64,000 nt of DNA, from assembly GCA_951406725.2 (NCBI GenBank), contig OX597832.1, positions 26,102,001 to 26,166,000 on the forward strand, given 5' to 3'. The notes under the pieces were generated by a model that worked only from the letters and a program-made list of their open reading frames with translations, had not been told where the DNA came from and made no database searches. The position numbers and the translations under genes were made by a program. The DNA is from Octopus vulgaris. Its lineage: Eukaryota. Each line of letters starts with the position of its first letter. Position 1 is the stretch's first letter. Positions 1 to 64,000 of this stretch are shown one piece after another.

Positions 1-84
<84 letters not shown>

Positions 85-85
<1 letters not shown>

Positions 86-283
86 CATATCTAGTGGTTA
101 GGGCAGCGGACTCGCGGTCGCAGGATCGCGGTTTCGATTCTCAGACCGGGCGTTGTGTGTGTTTATTGAGCGAAAACACCTAAAAGCTCTACGAGGCTCC
201 GGCAGGGGGTGGTGATCCCTGCTGTACTCTTTCACCACAATGGCGGTGCCCCAGCATGGCCACAGCTCAAGAGCTGAAACTGG
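85..283 (+). mobile_element. tRNA-derived SINE (head type A)
   Basis: A-box-like tagtggttaggg and B-box-like ggtttcgattc; head and body match the copies at 8154-8452, 27678-28016 and 41150-41534. Confidence 0.8.
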
Positions 284-554
284 AAAAACAAAAAAAAAAA
301 CAAAAAAATATGTGTGTGTGTATATATATATATATGTGTGTGTGTGTATGTATATGTATGTATATCTATCCATTTATATATATATATTTTCTGTATATAT
401 ATACATATTGAAATTATATCCATAAGTGCAGTGTTGTGCACTTATTTTCCTCATTCAACATTTATGTGTATATATATATGTAGACACACCAACACCAGTT
501 GTGGGAAACAAACACACACATGTATGTATGTATGTATGTACGTATGTATATTTG

Positions 555-630
<76 letters not shown>

Positions 631-944
631 TTAGGGAGTATATCCAAACTTACAGGGAAAAATTAGATTTAGGATTAAATCAAATTTCACAGTATAAATA
701 TAAATTTAATTAGAGTCAAAACCACTATTAGGCAACTCAAACAGTGATAGACATAAACCAAAACATAAAAAACAAAAAATAAATATAATTAATAGAATAT
801 ACAAAATATATATAAAATTTAAAATTTAAATTATTAAAATTTTATATTTTTATATTTTAAATTTATAAATTTTTAAACTTTTTTTTTTTTTATACTAACC
901 AAAAAGTATTAAAAAGTTTAATATAATATAATAAGTAAAAACAC

Positions 945-1040
945 TACGTACCGTTTCATGGCTATAATTCAATTCGAATTACAATTAAGTTTAAATTCAA
1001 TTAAAAATTCGAATTAAAATTATTGTCAATCTTCAGGTTA
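945..1040 (-). ncRNA. Degenerate type I hammerhead ribozyme motif with long stem II
   Basis: Minus strand: CUGAAGA-[long AU-rich hairpin]-GAAACGGUA; stem I pairing is poor. Confidence 0.45.
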
Positions 1041-1455
1041 ATGATAATAGTTAAATAAATAAGCAAATAGAGTTAAACAATATTTTTAAGAAATAAATAA
1101 AATAATAATTTTTCTTATAAAAAACTCTATTATCAAATTAGAAACTTAAAACATTTGGATTGTGTCAGTGAACAGGTCCCGGTCTCAAAGCGACGAAAAT
1201 ATTTTGACAAATTAAATTTAAATGTTGAAGTGAATCTAACGGTTTTTGTGCGTTTCTTAAATGGCTTATAAACACCTTATAAACGCTGCAATTGTTTTCG
1301 TTCCAGCATACGATCTCAGATCAGATCACTTGCTATGCAAATACATCTACATAAATATAAAAATAGATATATAGATAAATATATATGTATTTCATTTTTT
1401 CATTTTATCTAGTTTCAGCTCACGAGCTGTGGCCATGCTGGGGCACCGCCATTAG

Positions 1456-1491
<36 letters not shown>

Positions 1492-1595
1492 AGCTTGGTA
1501 ATGCAAACAGGAAACAGAACTGAACCATATGTACGTACAGTACATATGTGCTTCTTTTATTAATAATGTGCCAATTTTTAATAGAAAACATACGT

Positions 1596-1633
<38 letters not shown>

Positions 1634-1984
1634 CCACACATACACTAACATCGAGATACACAGTCTCACATGTCCATAAACACAGACAAAACACACACAT
1701 TATATGTGTATAATTTTTGTTTATTTAGTGATACAAAATCATGAAAAAAATATTAATTACAAATCATTTGAAGTATCTAGCGCCTAATATATGTTAATTT
1801 ATGTGTGACATGTAAACCCCATTTCTCTCACATAAATTAACTCACAGACACACAGAAATATACTAGAATAAGCTCACTATTTTAAAGATAACATCTGCTG
1901 TATTGATGTTGGGTTTTGTGTATGGTAATTATTTTGTGCATGTTCTTAAATCTGAGTGTATATGAATATGTATGCAAATATATG

Positions 1985-2665
1985 TCTGAGGGGCAGTCAA
2001 AAATTATCCACGCTTTCGCCATAACATGTCTTTATCATAGTCGCAACGCCTTCTGCACCTGCTTGCTTACAGTTAGTACTGTTGTGGTCACGTGATCGAA
2101 ATTCGAGGGTAGTCGCTCCATTTTTCTATTTGGTTTTACCGTGTAAGCATGGCTGCTCCACTAGCAGTGTGCACCAAAGAGGAACAAAGAACAGTGATCC
2201 GAAAGATGGTAATGGTGAACCTATTTCTTTACTACCCACAAGGGGCTACACACAGAGGGGACAAACAAAGACAGACAAATGGATTAAGTCGATTATATCG
2301 ACCCCAGTGCGTAACTGGTACTTAATCTATCGACCCCGAAAGGATGAAAGGCAAAGTCGACCTCGGCAGAATTTGAACTCAGAACGTAGCGGCAGACGAA
2401 ATACGGCCTCGCATTTCGCCCGGCGTGCTAACATTTCTGCCAGATGGTAATGGTGAACCGGTTTACCATTACTCTATCTCTGAAGCTTGCCGAATATTCT
2501 CATCGGTGGCGGTGGTCAGCAGGCGTCCTACTCCCTCTTTGTGCACCATGCTTGTCCAGCTACTTTTAAACTTCTCGATCAGCTTATAGACACTTCTACA
2601 CGGCAGTGTACTATCCCTGTATTGTGCTAAAAGCCAACGATGAATTCCAGTACCTGAGAAATCAG
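1985..2665. mobile_element. Rearranged mariner transposon remnant (5' TIR + transposase N-terminus)
   Basis: TIR-like gaggggcagtcaaaaattatcc; + strand ATG at 2149 gives MAAPLAVCTKEEQRTVIR; - strand 2469-2660 gives GTGIHRWLLAQYRDSTLPCRSVYKLIEKFKSSWTS...GVGRLLTTATDENI, a typical mariner HTH region. Confidence 0.85.
2222..2441 (-). mobile_element. Meta-domain SINE with target-site duplication
   Basis: Contains the core gaggtcgactttgcctttcatcctttcggggtcgat...aagtaccagtt (resembles the MetaSINE domain); flanked by the direct repeat agatggtaatggtgaacc at 2204-2221 and 2442-2459. Confidence 0.88.
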
Positions 2666-2854
2666 ATGTATGTAAGGTCAATGGTATAATGGTTAGCACA
2701 TTAGACATTCGTTAGATGTGGGTACGATTCCTAAGAAGACCCTCACCAACCAAATACATTATGTTTCTTCCACTGGCAGTGCCCCAGCTTGGCCACAGCC
2801 TTAGGGAACATGTGCATGTATATATATATATATATATATATACATACACACACA

Positions 2855-3005
2855 TGAGTGGCATTAGGAAGGGCATCCAGCTGTAGAAACTCTGCCAGAT
2901 CAAGATTGGAGCCTGGTGCAGCCATCTGGTTCACCAGTCTTCAGTCAAATCGTCCAACCCATGCTAGCATGGAAAGCGGACGTTAAACGATGATGATGAT
3001 GATGA
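2855..3005 (+). mobile_element. (GAT)n-tailed retroposon family C fragment (probable RTE-type 3' end/SINE)
   Basis: ggcattaggaagggcatccagctgtag...ccaacccatgctagcatggaaagcggacgttaaacgatgatg; more than 12 copies in the window (e.g. 7885-8500, 8525-8760, 23822-23988, 32895-33300, 36560-36835, 54133-54280, 62300-62760, 63620-63765). Confidence 0.8.
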
Positions 3006-3077
3006 TATATATATTGTTAAAATTTATAGAAAAACAAGAAAGTGTATTGGTTTGACGCTTGGGAAAATGAAAAAGTG

Positions 3078-3111
3078 TTTTACATTTCGAGCCAATGCTC
3101 TTCAACAGAAA
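3078..3111 (-). ncRNA. Minimal hammerhead-like motif, CUGUUGA variant
   Basis: Minus strand: uuu-CUGUUGA-A-GAGC-AUUG-GCUC-GAAAUGUA-aaa. Confidence 0.55.
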
Positions 3112-3242
3112 GGAATTTGAGAAAATAAACAGAGAGAGAGTGTAAAAAACTTGTAGATTTCAGTGGTCCAGCATACAAACATATATAATATATATGTATA
3201 TATCTGTATGTATGTATGTATGTATGTATGTATGTATGCATG

Positions 3243-3276
<34 letters not shown>

Positions 3277-4146
3277 TGTATGTATGTATGTATATAAATG
3301 TATAAGTGAACATGTTGAATTTTTGCAGTTAATTAATTATATTAACATTACTCCATGAGTGAGTTTGATGTGTGTGTTGTGTGTAGCCGTTGATGTGTGT
3401 ATATATATATATATATGTCAAAATTGCATCAGTTTGTCCATCTATATACATTGAATAGGCAGCAGCATGGAAGTCTACACAGAGGATAAATAATTTTAAT
3501 TGTACTAGGAAATACATGTGTGGCTGCAAGAATTTTGAGTGTGTGATAACTAGGAATGCAAAGCTACCTAAAAATCTCAGCACTTTGCCAAGACAACTGT
3601 ACCGAGAGTGTTTATAAGTTTGTTTCAACAAGTTTACACAAGTTTATATATGGCATTGCCAAGTCGTTAAGAAATTTACCTCGTGACCATGTGGTTTTTC
3701 TGCTTATAACCATTGGACAATCAATGCCTTGTGGGTATCCTCAATTCCAAGCTTTGCTTCCAAAGTAGGAATTTTTCAAAAATTTCATCCACATGTTCAG
3801 ATATAAGAACTCGGACATTGGTATGAAGAACCAAGATTACTTTAAAAACCAGTCTTAAATTCCTCTTTGACAGCTTTAAGAACTATGGTAAACAGTAGAA
3901 TGCTAAAAATGGAGCTTTGGTGGACACCTGTTTACATGATAAATTCCATTATTTGGTTGCATTTCGGTAATGTTGCGACAAGCGACAAATATGTTAATGA
4001 CCTGATCCAATTAGAATAATTAAGAGAATTGCAACTGTCATGGAAACAACTTTGTTTCCATATTTCTTTTGAAATTCACTGCTTTTGTTTCAATAAATTT
4101 TGAAGAATTTAGTAAAATAAATGTGTCATTATTAAGCTGGCATTTT

Positions 4147-4620
4147 AAGGCGGCAAGCTGGCAGAATATTTAGCATGCTGGAGGAAATGCTTAATGGTAT
4201 TTCTCCCATAAAGGTGGCAAGCTGGCAGAAACGTTAGCACGCCGGGCGAAATGCTTAGCAGTATTTCGTCTGCCGCTACGTTATGAGTTCAAATTCTGCC
4301 AAGGTTGACTATGCCTTTCATCCTTTCGGGGTCGATGAAGTAAGTACCAGTTATGCACTGGGGTCGATATAATTGACTTAATCCGTTTGTCTGTCCTTGT
4401 TCATCCCCTCTGTGTTTAACCCCCTGTGGTTAGTAAAGAAATAGGTATTTCACCCATTGCTGTGTTCTGAGTTCAAATTCTGCCGAGGTCGATTTTTACC
4501 TTTCATCCTTTCCGGGTCAGTAAAATAAGTACCAGTTGAATAATGGAGTCGATGTAATGATCCCCACCCCCCCAAAAAAAATTTCAAGCCCTTTGCCTAC
4601 AGTAGAGAGGATTATTAAGG
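4147..4620 (+). mobile_element. Cluster of nested Meta-domain SINEs
   Basis: Heads ggcggcaagctggcagaa at about 4149 and 4213; two Meta-like cores. Confidence 0.8.
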
Positions 4621-4995
4621 TGGTATTTTGAAAATAGTCACAGCTTTAGGGCTGAAACATGTAGAAGAATAAAATTTTGAGGACGGATTAATTTCAATCA
4701 TTTTAAAAATGTAAGTTTGTAACCCTAGGACCAGAGTCAAAACTATTGAAAAGGTTGCAAGACACAACAAAAATTTTAGGAAAATAAAAATAAGAAATAA
4801 GTGGAAATTTTACCGATGAGTGTGTTAAATTATAAAGCACAAAAAGAAAATGACTCTCCACAGACACAATAGAATATGCTTCAACACACAAACTCGCATA
4901 AAGAATCTTGCAAACCAAATCCAAAAATTATATATATATATATGAATAAATAAATAAATGGAGTTGAACGAAGATGTTAATAAAATTCCTTTACT

Positions 4996-5073
4996 TTCGA
5001 CATATGTTTCGAAGACAACATGGTTTTATTCCAAAGGAATAAACGGTGTTAGATGCAATCTTCTCATCAGGAA
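4996..5073 (-). ncRNA. Type I hammerhead ribozyme motif (Penelope-type), intact core
   Basis: Minus strand: uuc-CUGAUGA-GAAGAU...UUUAUUCC(uuu)GGAAUAAA...GUCUUC-GAAAC-AUAU-GUC/gaa; palindromic stem III ACAUAUGU. Confidence 0.8.
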
Positions 5074-5334
5074 CTTGCTACCCTGGTATCGATTCACTGA
5101 ATTTTCCATGTTGATGGCAAACAAAGGATAATTCATTCACCCATCGAAATATATATATATATATATAAACAAAACTCCTCTTTCTGCTATCCAACTGACA
5201 CCACGGCACAGTCAAAGTTATTTACCAATTGAGATTATTTTCATTCCTTTTCAGTTCAGTTCAGCTACATATCTACTTGTATATCTATTAATATATCTCT
5301 CTGTCGGCATATCTGTTGATATATCTGTAGACTC

Positions 5335-5550
5335 TCCATGCCACTGATGCTATCCAAGGGAAAGGCAAAGGGGCCGATTACAGCTTGGCACCAGTGACAT
5401 CACTACTCATTTCTACAGCTGAGTGAACTGGAGCAACATGAAATAAAGTGTCTTTCTCAAGAACACAACATTTAGCCTAGTCTAGGAATCAAACTCACTA
5501 CCTCATGATTGTGAGACCGACGCTCTAACCACTGAGCCATTCACCTTCAA
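5335..5550 (-). mobile_element. tRNA-derived SINE (head type D)
   Basis: Minus strand: tggctcagtggttagagc...gagtttgattcc...cttgagaaagacactttatttca; homologous to 50973-51315. Confidence 0.75.
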
Positions 5551-5799
5551 AGGATAATAGTAATATAGCACAGTTCCGTTTTCTCACTGAACTAATCTCT
5601 ACCCACCTAACCCCACCCCCACTGCTTTCGCCCCCCCCCCCCTTCCCCATGCACACCTTCAGCTGCAGAGGTGAGAATAAGTGAAATGCAAATAGGTGAG
5701 CAAATCTAGATTTTAGTTTGGAAATAATCGAGAAAAGTCAAGAAATAACATTTTTCTTTGTTTTTTTTATGTTTATATATATATATATTTACAAAACTA

Positions 5800-6529
5800 G
5801 GTAATGGTGGTACTGGTGGTGGTGGTGGTGGTGGTGGTGGTGGTGGTGGTGGTAGTGGCAATGGTGGTAGTTATGGCCGCAGTGGTGGTTATAATGGTGG
5901 TGGTGGTGACAATGGTGGTTGTGGTGGTGGTAGTGATGGCGATGATGGTGGTTGTGGTGGTGGTGGTGGTGGTTGTGGTGGTGGTGGTGGTGGTGGTGGT
6001 GGTAGTGGCAATGGTTGTAGTGGTGGTGGTGGCAATGATTGTGGTGGTATTGGTGGTGGTGGCAATGATGGTGATGGTGGTGGTGGTGGTGGTGGTGGTG
6101 GCAATGGTAGTGTTGGTGGCAATGGTGATGGTGGTGGTGGTGGTGGTGGCGTCTGTGTTTGAACGGACATCAGACAACGTCTTGGTTTTCTTTCAGTTTT
6201 TTCCTGGTTTATTTGTCCTCTGTTTTTTTTTTCTGTATTTTGTTTGGTTCTTTGCTACGTTTTATTTTATTTGCATTTTTTTTATTTTCGCTGGGTAAAG
6301 AAATCCTTCCAAAACACAAAACGTCTCAGTTTTTTTCTTTGGTAGAAACTAGTTTGGTGAGATGCAAGCCACAACAACAACAACAACAACATCAGTGGTA
6401 GAAACAGTAGTAGCAGCAGCTGTAGTTGTAGTAGTAGTAGTAGCAGCAATAGCTAATGGTTGTACTACTGGTAGTAGTGGCGGTGGTGGTGGTGGTGACA
6501 GCAGCAGCAGTAGCAGTAGTAGTAGTAGC

Positions 6530-6577
<48 letters not shown>

Positions 6578-6602
6578 CATGGTGGTAGAAATAGTAGAGG
6601 TT

Positions 6603-6635
<33 letters not shown>

Positions 6636-6835
6636 ATTGTCGTGGTAGTAGTAGTGGTTGTAGTAGTGGTGGTGGTATTATTATTATTATTATTATTATT
6701 AGTAGTAGTAGTAGTAGTGGTGCTGGTGGTGGTGTTGGTGATGGTGGTAGTAGTTGTAGTAGCAGTGGTGGTTTTAGTGATGTTGGTTGTTGTTGTGGTG
6801 ATGGTTTTAGTAGTAGTAGTAGTAATAGTGTGAGG
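5800..6835. repeat. Compound (GGT)n/(AGT)n trinucleotide microsatellite blocks
   Basis: Directly visible; the source of the poly-G/V/T/P/S pseudo-ORFs. Confidence 0.95.
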
Positions 6836-7359
6836 GGGAGGAGGAGTGTTGTCCTTCTGATGGAGCCATTCCCAAAGGGCCAGAGATGAAAAGGTTGTTG
6901 AGTGACTTTGTGTGAAGTCCATGGCTGGAGGTCCTTACAGGCAATAATATCCTGCACTGTAGAGATATATGTGTGTGTGTGTAAGTGTGTGTGTGTATAT
7001 GAATGTGTGTGCGTGTGTGTGAATGTATATAATCTACATATATGTATGTATATGTGCATGAGTACATATGTATGTGTGTACATGTATACATGCATGTCTA
7101 TATATGTGTGTTGTATATATATCTGTTTGTATATGTGTATATGTATATATGTATGTATTATGTATGTACATGTATGTTATGTACATGTATGTATATGCAT
7201 ATGTATGTGTGTGTAACTCACAAATAAAGTATATATATATATATGTGTGTGTAAGTATGTATACATATATACATATACATACATACATGCATACATACAT
7301 ACATACATATACATACACACATACATACATATACATACATACATACATATACATATACA

Positions 7360-7391
<32 letters not shown>

Positions 7392-8153
7392 CATACATAC
7401 ATATACATACATATACATACATATATATACTTATGTATAGATCTTGAATGTTTTGATTTCCTTGTTTTTATTTGAGGAAGGGAATAAAAAATAAAAACCT
7501 TTACAATTTCTTTTGATTCCACCCATATTTCTCTCGCTGACCCTCCCAACACCACCACCACCCTTTCCTCTTTCTCCCCTCCCTTCCCCTCATTGCAATG
7601 CTACCCCACAGCACTCTGCTCCACCCTCCTCTCATACACTTATTCCTTCCCAGGTAAGTTAACAAAAAGACACCTTTAATCAAGAAAGGATGGGTTTCAC
7701 CTAAGTTCACCTACATTCGGAAGACAACCTAGATTTTCAGTGCATTTATTTTTTTCATTTGCAGTCATGTGGTTTGCTGGTTCAGTCATACTGCGTGGCA
7801 CCTTGAGCAAGTGTCTTCCACTATAACCTCGGGCCAATCAAAGCCTTGCGAGTAGGTTTGGTAGACGGAAACTGAAAGAAGCTCTGGGCCTCACAGAGGC
7901 AATGACTGAGACCTTTGGCATTATGTTGTGCTAGAGAAGAAGACCCATCAAGCCATGCAAAATCGTAATCATGGCAGATATCGGTGTCGTGCAAATGGCA
8001 CTCTTGCCAGTGGCACGTAATGGCACCCATTACACTCTCGGAGGAATTGGCGTTAGGAAGGGGCATCCAGCAGTAGAAAACCATACCAAATCAGACTGGA
8101 GTCTGGTGTAGCCTTCCAGTTTACCAGCCCCTGGTCAGACTGTCCAACCCATG

Positions 8154-8452
8154 TCGTTATTGTTTGTTCCTTCTCGAGCCATGCCTGGCTCATAGGTGCC
8201 GGTTTCCTTGGCATATAGATTCCCCACCTGGACAGGAAGCCGGTTCGTCGCAGGTGAGCTGCAAGATGCAGGAGAAAAGAGTGAGAGAAAGTTATGGCGA
8301 AAGAGTTAGCAGAAGTTTGCCATTACCTTCTGCCAGAGCCATGTGGACTTAGGTGTTTCGCTCATAAACACACACATCGACTGGTCTGAGACTCAAACCT
8401 GCGATCCCTTGACCGTAAGTCTGCTGCTCTAACCACTAGGCCATGCGCCTCC
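8154..8452 (-). mobile_element. tRNA-derived SINE (head A) nested in a family C element, with TSD
   Basis: Flanked by actgtccaacccatg at 8139-8153 and 8453-8467; the host element resumes exactly after the repeat. Confidence 0.88.
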
Positions 8453-9393
8453 ACTGTCCAACCCATGCCAGCATAGGCAACGGACATTAAATGATGATGA
8501 CAATCATCATCATCATCATCAACATTATCATTTAGTGTCTGCTTTCCATGCTGGCATGGGTTGGACGGTTTGACCGAAACTGGTAAGCCTGGGAGCTGCA
8601 CCAGACTCCAGTCTGATTTGGTATGGTCTCTATGGCTGGATGCCTTTCCTGACGCCAACCACTCCAAGAGTGTAATGGGTGCTATTACGTGTCACCGGCA
8701 CAAGTGCCATTTGCATGACTCTGGCGTTGGCCATGACTGTGATTTCACTTGACTTGACATGTGTATGTGTGCGTGTGTGTGCACTTGCTCATGAGGGTGG
8801 ATGAATATATACATATAGGTGCATGTAATTGGGTGTGCAGGTGCACATGTGTATGTATGGACATGCACGCTTACGCGATTACTATGAACATTTTTACTCC
8901 CTTACCTTTACTCCCTCCCCTTACTTAGCGGTCATTCTAATAGCTCTTTTGTCTTAATAACGGTCAATCACACAGTAATTTCCCTTTGTTTAACGGTCAT
9001 TTTCATAGCATTTTTTTGATGGCCCTACATCCGAAACTCGGAGTTTTATCATGGCTACCAAATAATTGTCACATATTACATTTACAGATAAATTCGTCTA
9101 TTTACATAATATCAAGGTCTCTTTCATTCTTTTGTTGTCTTACCACTTCTATCAATATATATATATACATACATACATGTCTGTGTATAAATTCTGTACT
9201 TGGAATGACCAATTTTAAATACTGTTGGATCTTACTCATAAGATATTGGAATCTTACGTATATACCATTCTGCCTAAAAAATGGATCTACGAATACAATA
9301 TCCCTACACATCTCACATCTATTTTCTTTCCTCCACCTCACCCTCTATTTTGTATCTTATCTAAATTAACTATTATTTAGCCATCCTCTCACA

Positions 9394-9445
9394 GTCTCTG
9401 ATGAAGGGATATAATTAATAAATATCCTGGAAACAGCTGTAAGAC
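9394..9445 (+). ncRNA. Type I hammerhead ribozyme motif (Penelope-type)
   Basis: gucu-CUGAUGA-A-GGGAUAU(aauuaauaa)AUAUCCU-G-GAAAC-AGCU-GUA/agac; palindromic stem III ACAGCUGU; 4-bp stem I. Confidence 0.78.
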
Positions 9446-9511
9446 CTTCTATCTATAAAGGTTCTAAAATCTACACAGCCTTGGTTTTTTTTATTTTATT
9501 ACACAGAAAAT

Positions 9512-9561
<50 letters not shown>

Positions 9562-9612
9562 ATGTATGTATATATGTATGTATATATGTATGTATATATA
9601 TATATATGTGTA

Positions 9613-9680
<68 letters not shown>

Positions 9681-9767
9681 AGAGTTTACGAAAAAAGCAA
9701 AAGACGAAGACAGGTGGTGTACAAAACAAACAGATGTATTAGTATGGCGCTCAGGAATTGAGAAAGT

Positions 9768-9803
9768 CTTTTACATTTCGAGCCTATGCTCTTCTACAGA
9801 AAG
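9768..9803 (-). ncRNA. Minimal hammerhead-like motif, CUGUAGA variant, inside a ~200-bp dispersed repeat (9680-9862)
   Basis: Minus strand: cuuu-CUGUAGA-A-GAGC-AUAG-GCUC-GAAAUGUA-aaag. Confidence 0.6.
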
Positions 9804-10244
9804 GGACACAGAAAAAACAAGGAGAGAAAAAAATGTGTAGTGGCTATCGATCTATCATGGCGATCTATCATATAAAGGAATACAAAAAATGGGACATGAA
9901 CGCAAAATATCCAGACAGATGGTACAAAAAAGGGACAAGAAAAAACAAGGACAGGTCATTCGGAGTTTTCTTTCCTCAAACGTGTTCCAGATTATCTTTG
10001 CAATAGAGAGGGAGAGAGAGAGAGCTTACAATTAAGAGGGGAAATCCGAGGGAACAATTACAATGTAACTAAGAGTTGCTTAAGTGTCCCAGGAAATAAT
10101 CCTTGGATAGTAAGACTGCTGACCATTATTTATCCTGCCGGACATTCTGGAGTGCACCCGTCGAAATGTATGGAGAGGACTTCATTATACAAACGGATTA
10201 ACAATAATCCAAACATTCGTCTCCTTCTTAACCACACAGTCATG

Positions 10245-10695
10245 TCTCTTTATCTTTCTCTCTTTCTTTCTTTCTTTCTTTCCTTGTTTCTTTCTTTCTC
10301 TCTTTCTTTCTTTCTCTCTTTCTTTCTTTCTCTCTTTCTTTCTTTCTTTCCTTCTTTCTTTTCTCTCTTTCTTTCTTTCTTTCTTTCTCTCTTTCTTTCT
10401 CTCTTTCTTTCTTTCTTTCTTTCTTTCTCTCTTTCTTTCCTTGTTTCTTTCTTTCTTTCCTTGTTTCTTTCTTTCTTTCCTTGTTTCTTTCTTTCTTTCC
10501 TTGTTTCTTTCTTTCTCTCTTTTTCTTCCTTTCTTTCTTTCTTTCCTTGTTTCTTTCTTTCTCTTTCTTCCTTCCTTCCTTCTTTCTTTCTTTCTTTCTT
10601 TCCTTGTTTCTTTCTTTCTCTCTTTCTTTCCTTTCTTTCTTTCTTTCTTTGTTCCTTCCTTTCTTCCTTCCTTCCTTTCTTTCTTTCTTTCTTGA
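10245..10695. repeat. (CTTT)n-type polypyrimidine microsatellite just upstream of an ATP11 acceptor
   Basis: About 450 bp of almost pure C/T. Confidence 0.95.
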
Positions 10696-10735
10696 TTTAT
10701 TTATTTATTTATTTATTTTTGTTTCTCCTTCGTAG

Positions 10736-63005
<52,270 letters not shown>

Positions 63006-63087
63006 GTAAGGAAACACTTATACCTCATTGCAAGAAGTTGTTGAGACTTTGAAGAATTGGTCAGTGAAGATCCTATTAGTTGTGTGA

Positions 63088-63410
63088 AGTCACATGGCTT
63101 AGTGGTTATAATACTTGGCTCATGACGCTATTGATGTGAGTTCAATTCCCAGTAATGCAGTGTGTCCTTGAGCAAAACACTTTATTTCACATTGCTCCAG
63201 TTTCCTCACCTTGCAAAAGTGAGTAGTAACTTGTATTTCAAAGGGGCCAGTCTTGTCACACTCTGTGTCATACTGAATCTCTCTGAGAACTACATTAAGG
63301 GTACACATATCTGTGGAATACTCAGCCACTTGCACGTTAATTTCACAAGCAAGCTGCTCTATTAATCAGATCAAATGGAACCCTCGTTGTCGCAACCAAT
63401 GGAGTGCCAA
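63088..63410 (+). mobile_element. tRNA-derived SINE (head D, tail Y)
   Basis: Head and core match 50973-51120; tail matches the reverse complement of 41155-41340. Confidence 0.8.
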
Positions 63411-64000
63411 TTAGTTGTGTTGAAACTGAGGTGTCCCATGTCCTTAGGAAGGTACGGGGCAGTTTTTGTATAGTTTTTAACTGGCAACATACTTTAGCTA
63501 TTGAGGGTGCCTGTATTTGATGGTCACTTGATCTGCTAGAAATAACAGCCAAATCTTCTTCAGATCTTCCCTTTCAGTTTTATAAATAAATATCGTCCGT
63601 TTTCCATGCTAGCATGGGATATATCATCATCATCGTTTAGCGTCCGCTTTCCATGCTAGCATGGGTTGGACGGTTCAACTGGGGTCTGGGAAGCCAGAAG
63701 GCTGCACCAGGCCCAGTCTGATCTGGCAATATTTCTACAGCTGGATGCCCTTCCTAACGCCACAATATATATATATATATATATAAACAAAAATTTTAAT
63801 TTTAATTATATTCATAATTATAAACATTTTTGTTTAAGTTTACTGATTATGGTTCTTTTAACATACCAAACTACTTGGTAAAATTATCAAAATTATTAAT
63901 GAATTAATTAATTTTACCCTTTATTATTATATACAGTTGCCATGATAGATCGTTAGCCACTACACACATTTCTTTCTCTCCTTGTTTTTATTGTGTCCTT

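Noticed and set aside
5758-6922. Gly-, Thr-, Val-, Pro- and Ser-rich ORFs resembling structural or mucin proteins
   Set aside because: They are translations of (GGT)n/(AGT)n microsatellites, open in several frames, with no splice or domain support.
5649-7660. Possible ATG-containing first exon of ATP11 (ATG...|gtgaga near 5670, |gtgagc near 5695, |gtaagt near 7653)
   Set aside because: The candidate ATGs reach these donors in phase 1 or 2, but the 10736 exon needs phase 0; the first exon is probably upstream of the window.

Overview
AT-rich, microsatellite-saturated eukaryotic genomic DNA. The repeat families strongly suggest a coleoid cephalopod, most likely Octopus; this is an inference from recalled SINE consensus sequences. 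The only host gene I can support is the 5' part of a P4-ATPase phospholipid flippase of the ATP11 class on the + strand. Six GT-AG exons (10736-10858, 11980-12069, 40799-40879, 58259-58366, 59771-59899, 62786-63005) splice in frame to about 250 aa covering the N-terminus, TM1-TM2 and the actuator domain with DGETNLK. The ATG exon and the rest of the gene were not found in the window. The introns (up to 28.7 kb) contain tRNA-derived SINEs (Meta-domain, CORE-like and modular head/tail chimeras), remnants of mariner, maT, Tigger-like and Helentron-type DNA transposons, RTE, CR1/L2 and R4/Dong-like LINE ends, foldback hairpins and very long simple repeats. Nearly all long ORFs in the supplied track are microsatellite artefacts. 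The most notable hidden signal is about 14 minimal type I hammerhead-ribozyme motifs of the Penelope type. They include a multi-copy family with a non-canonical CUGUNGA core and a tRNA-headed SINE-like element that carries a hammerhead.
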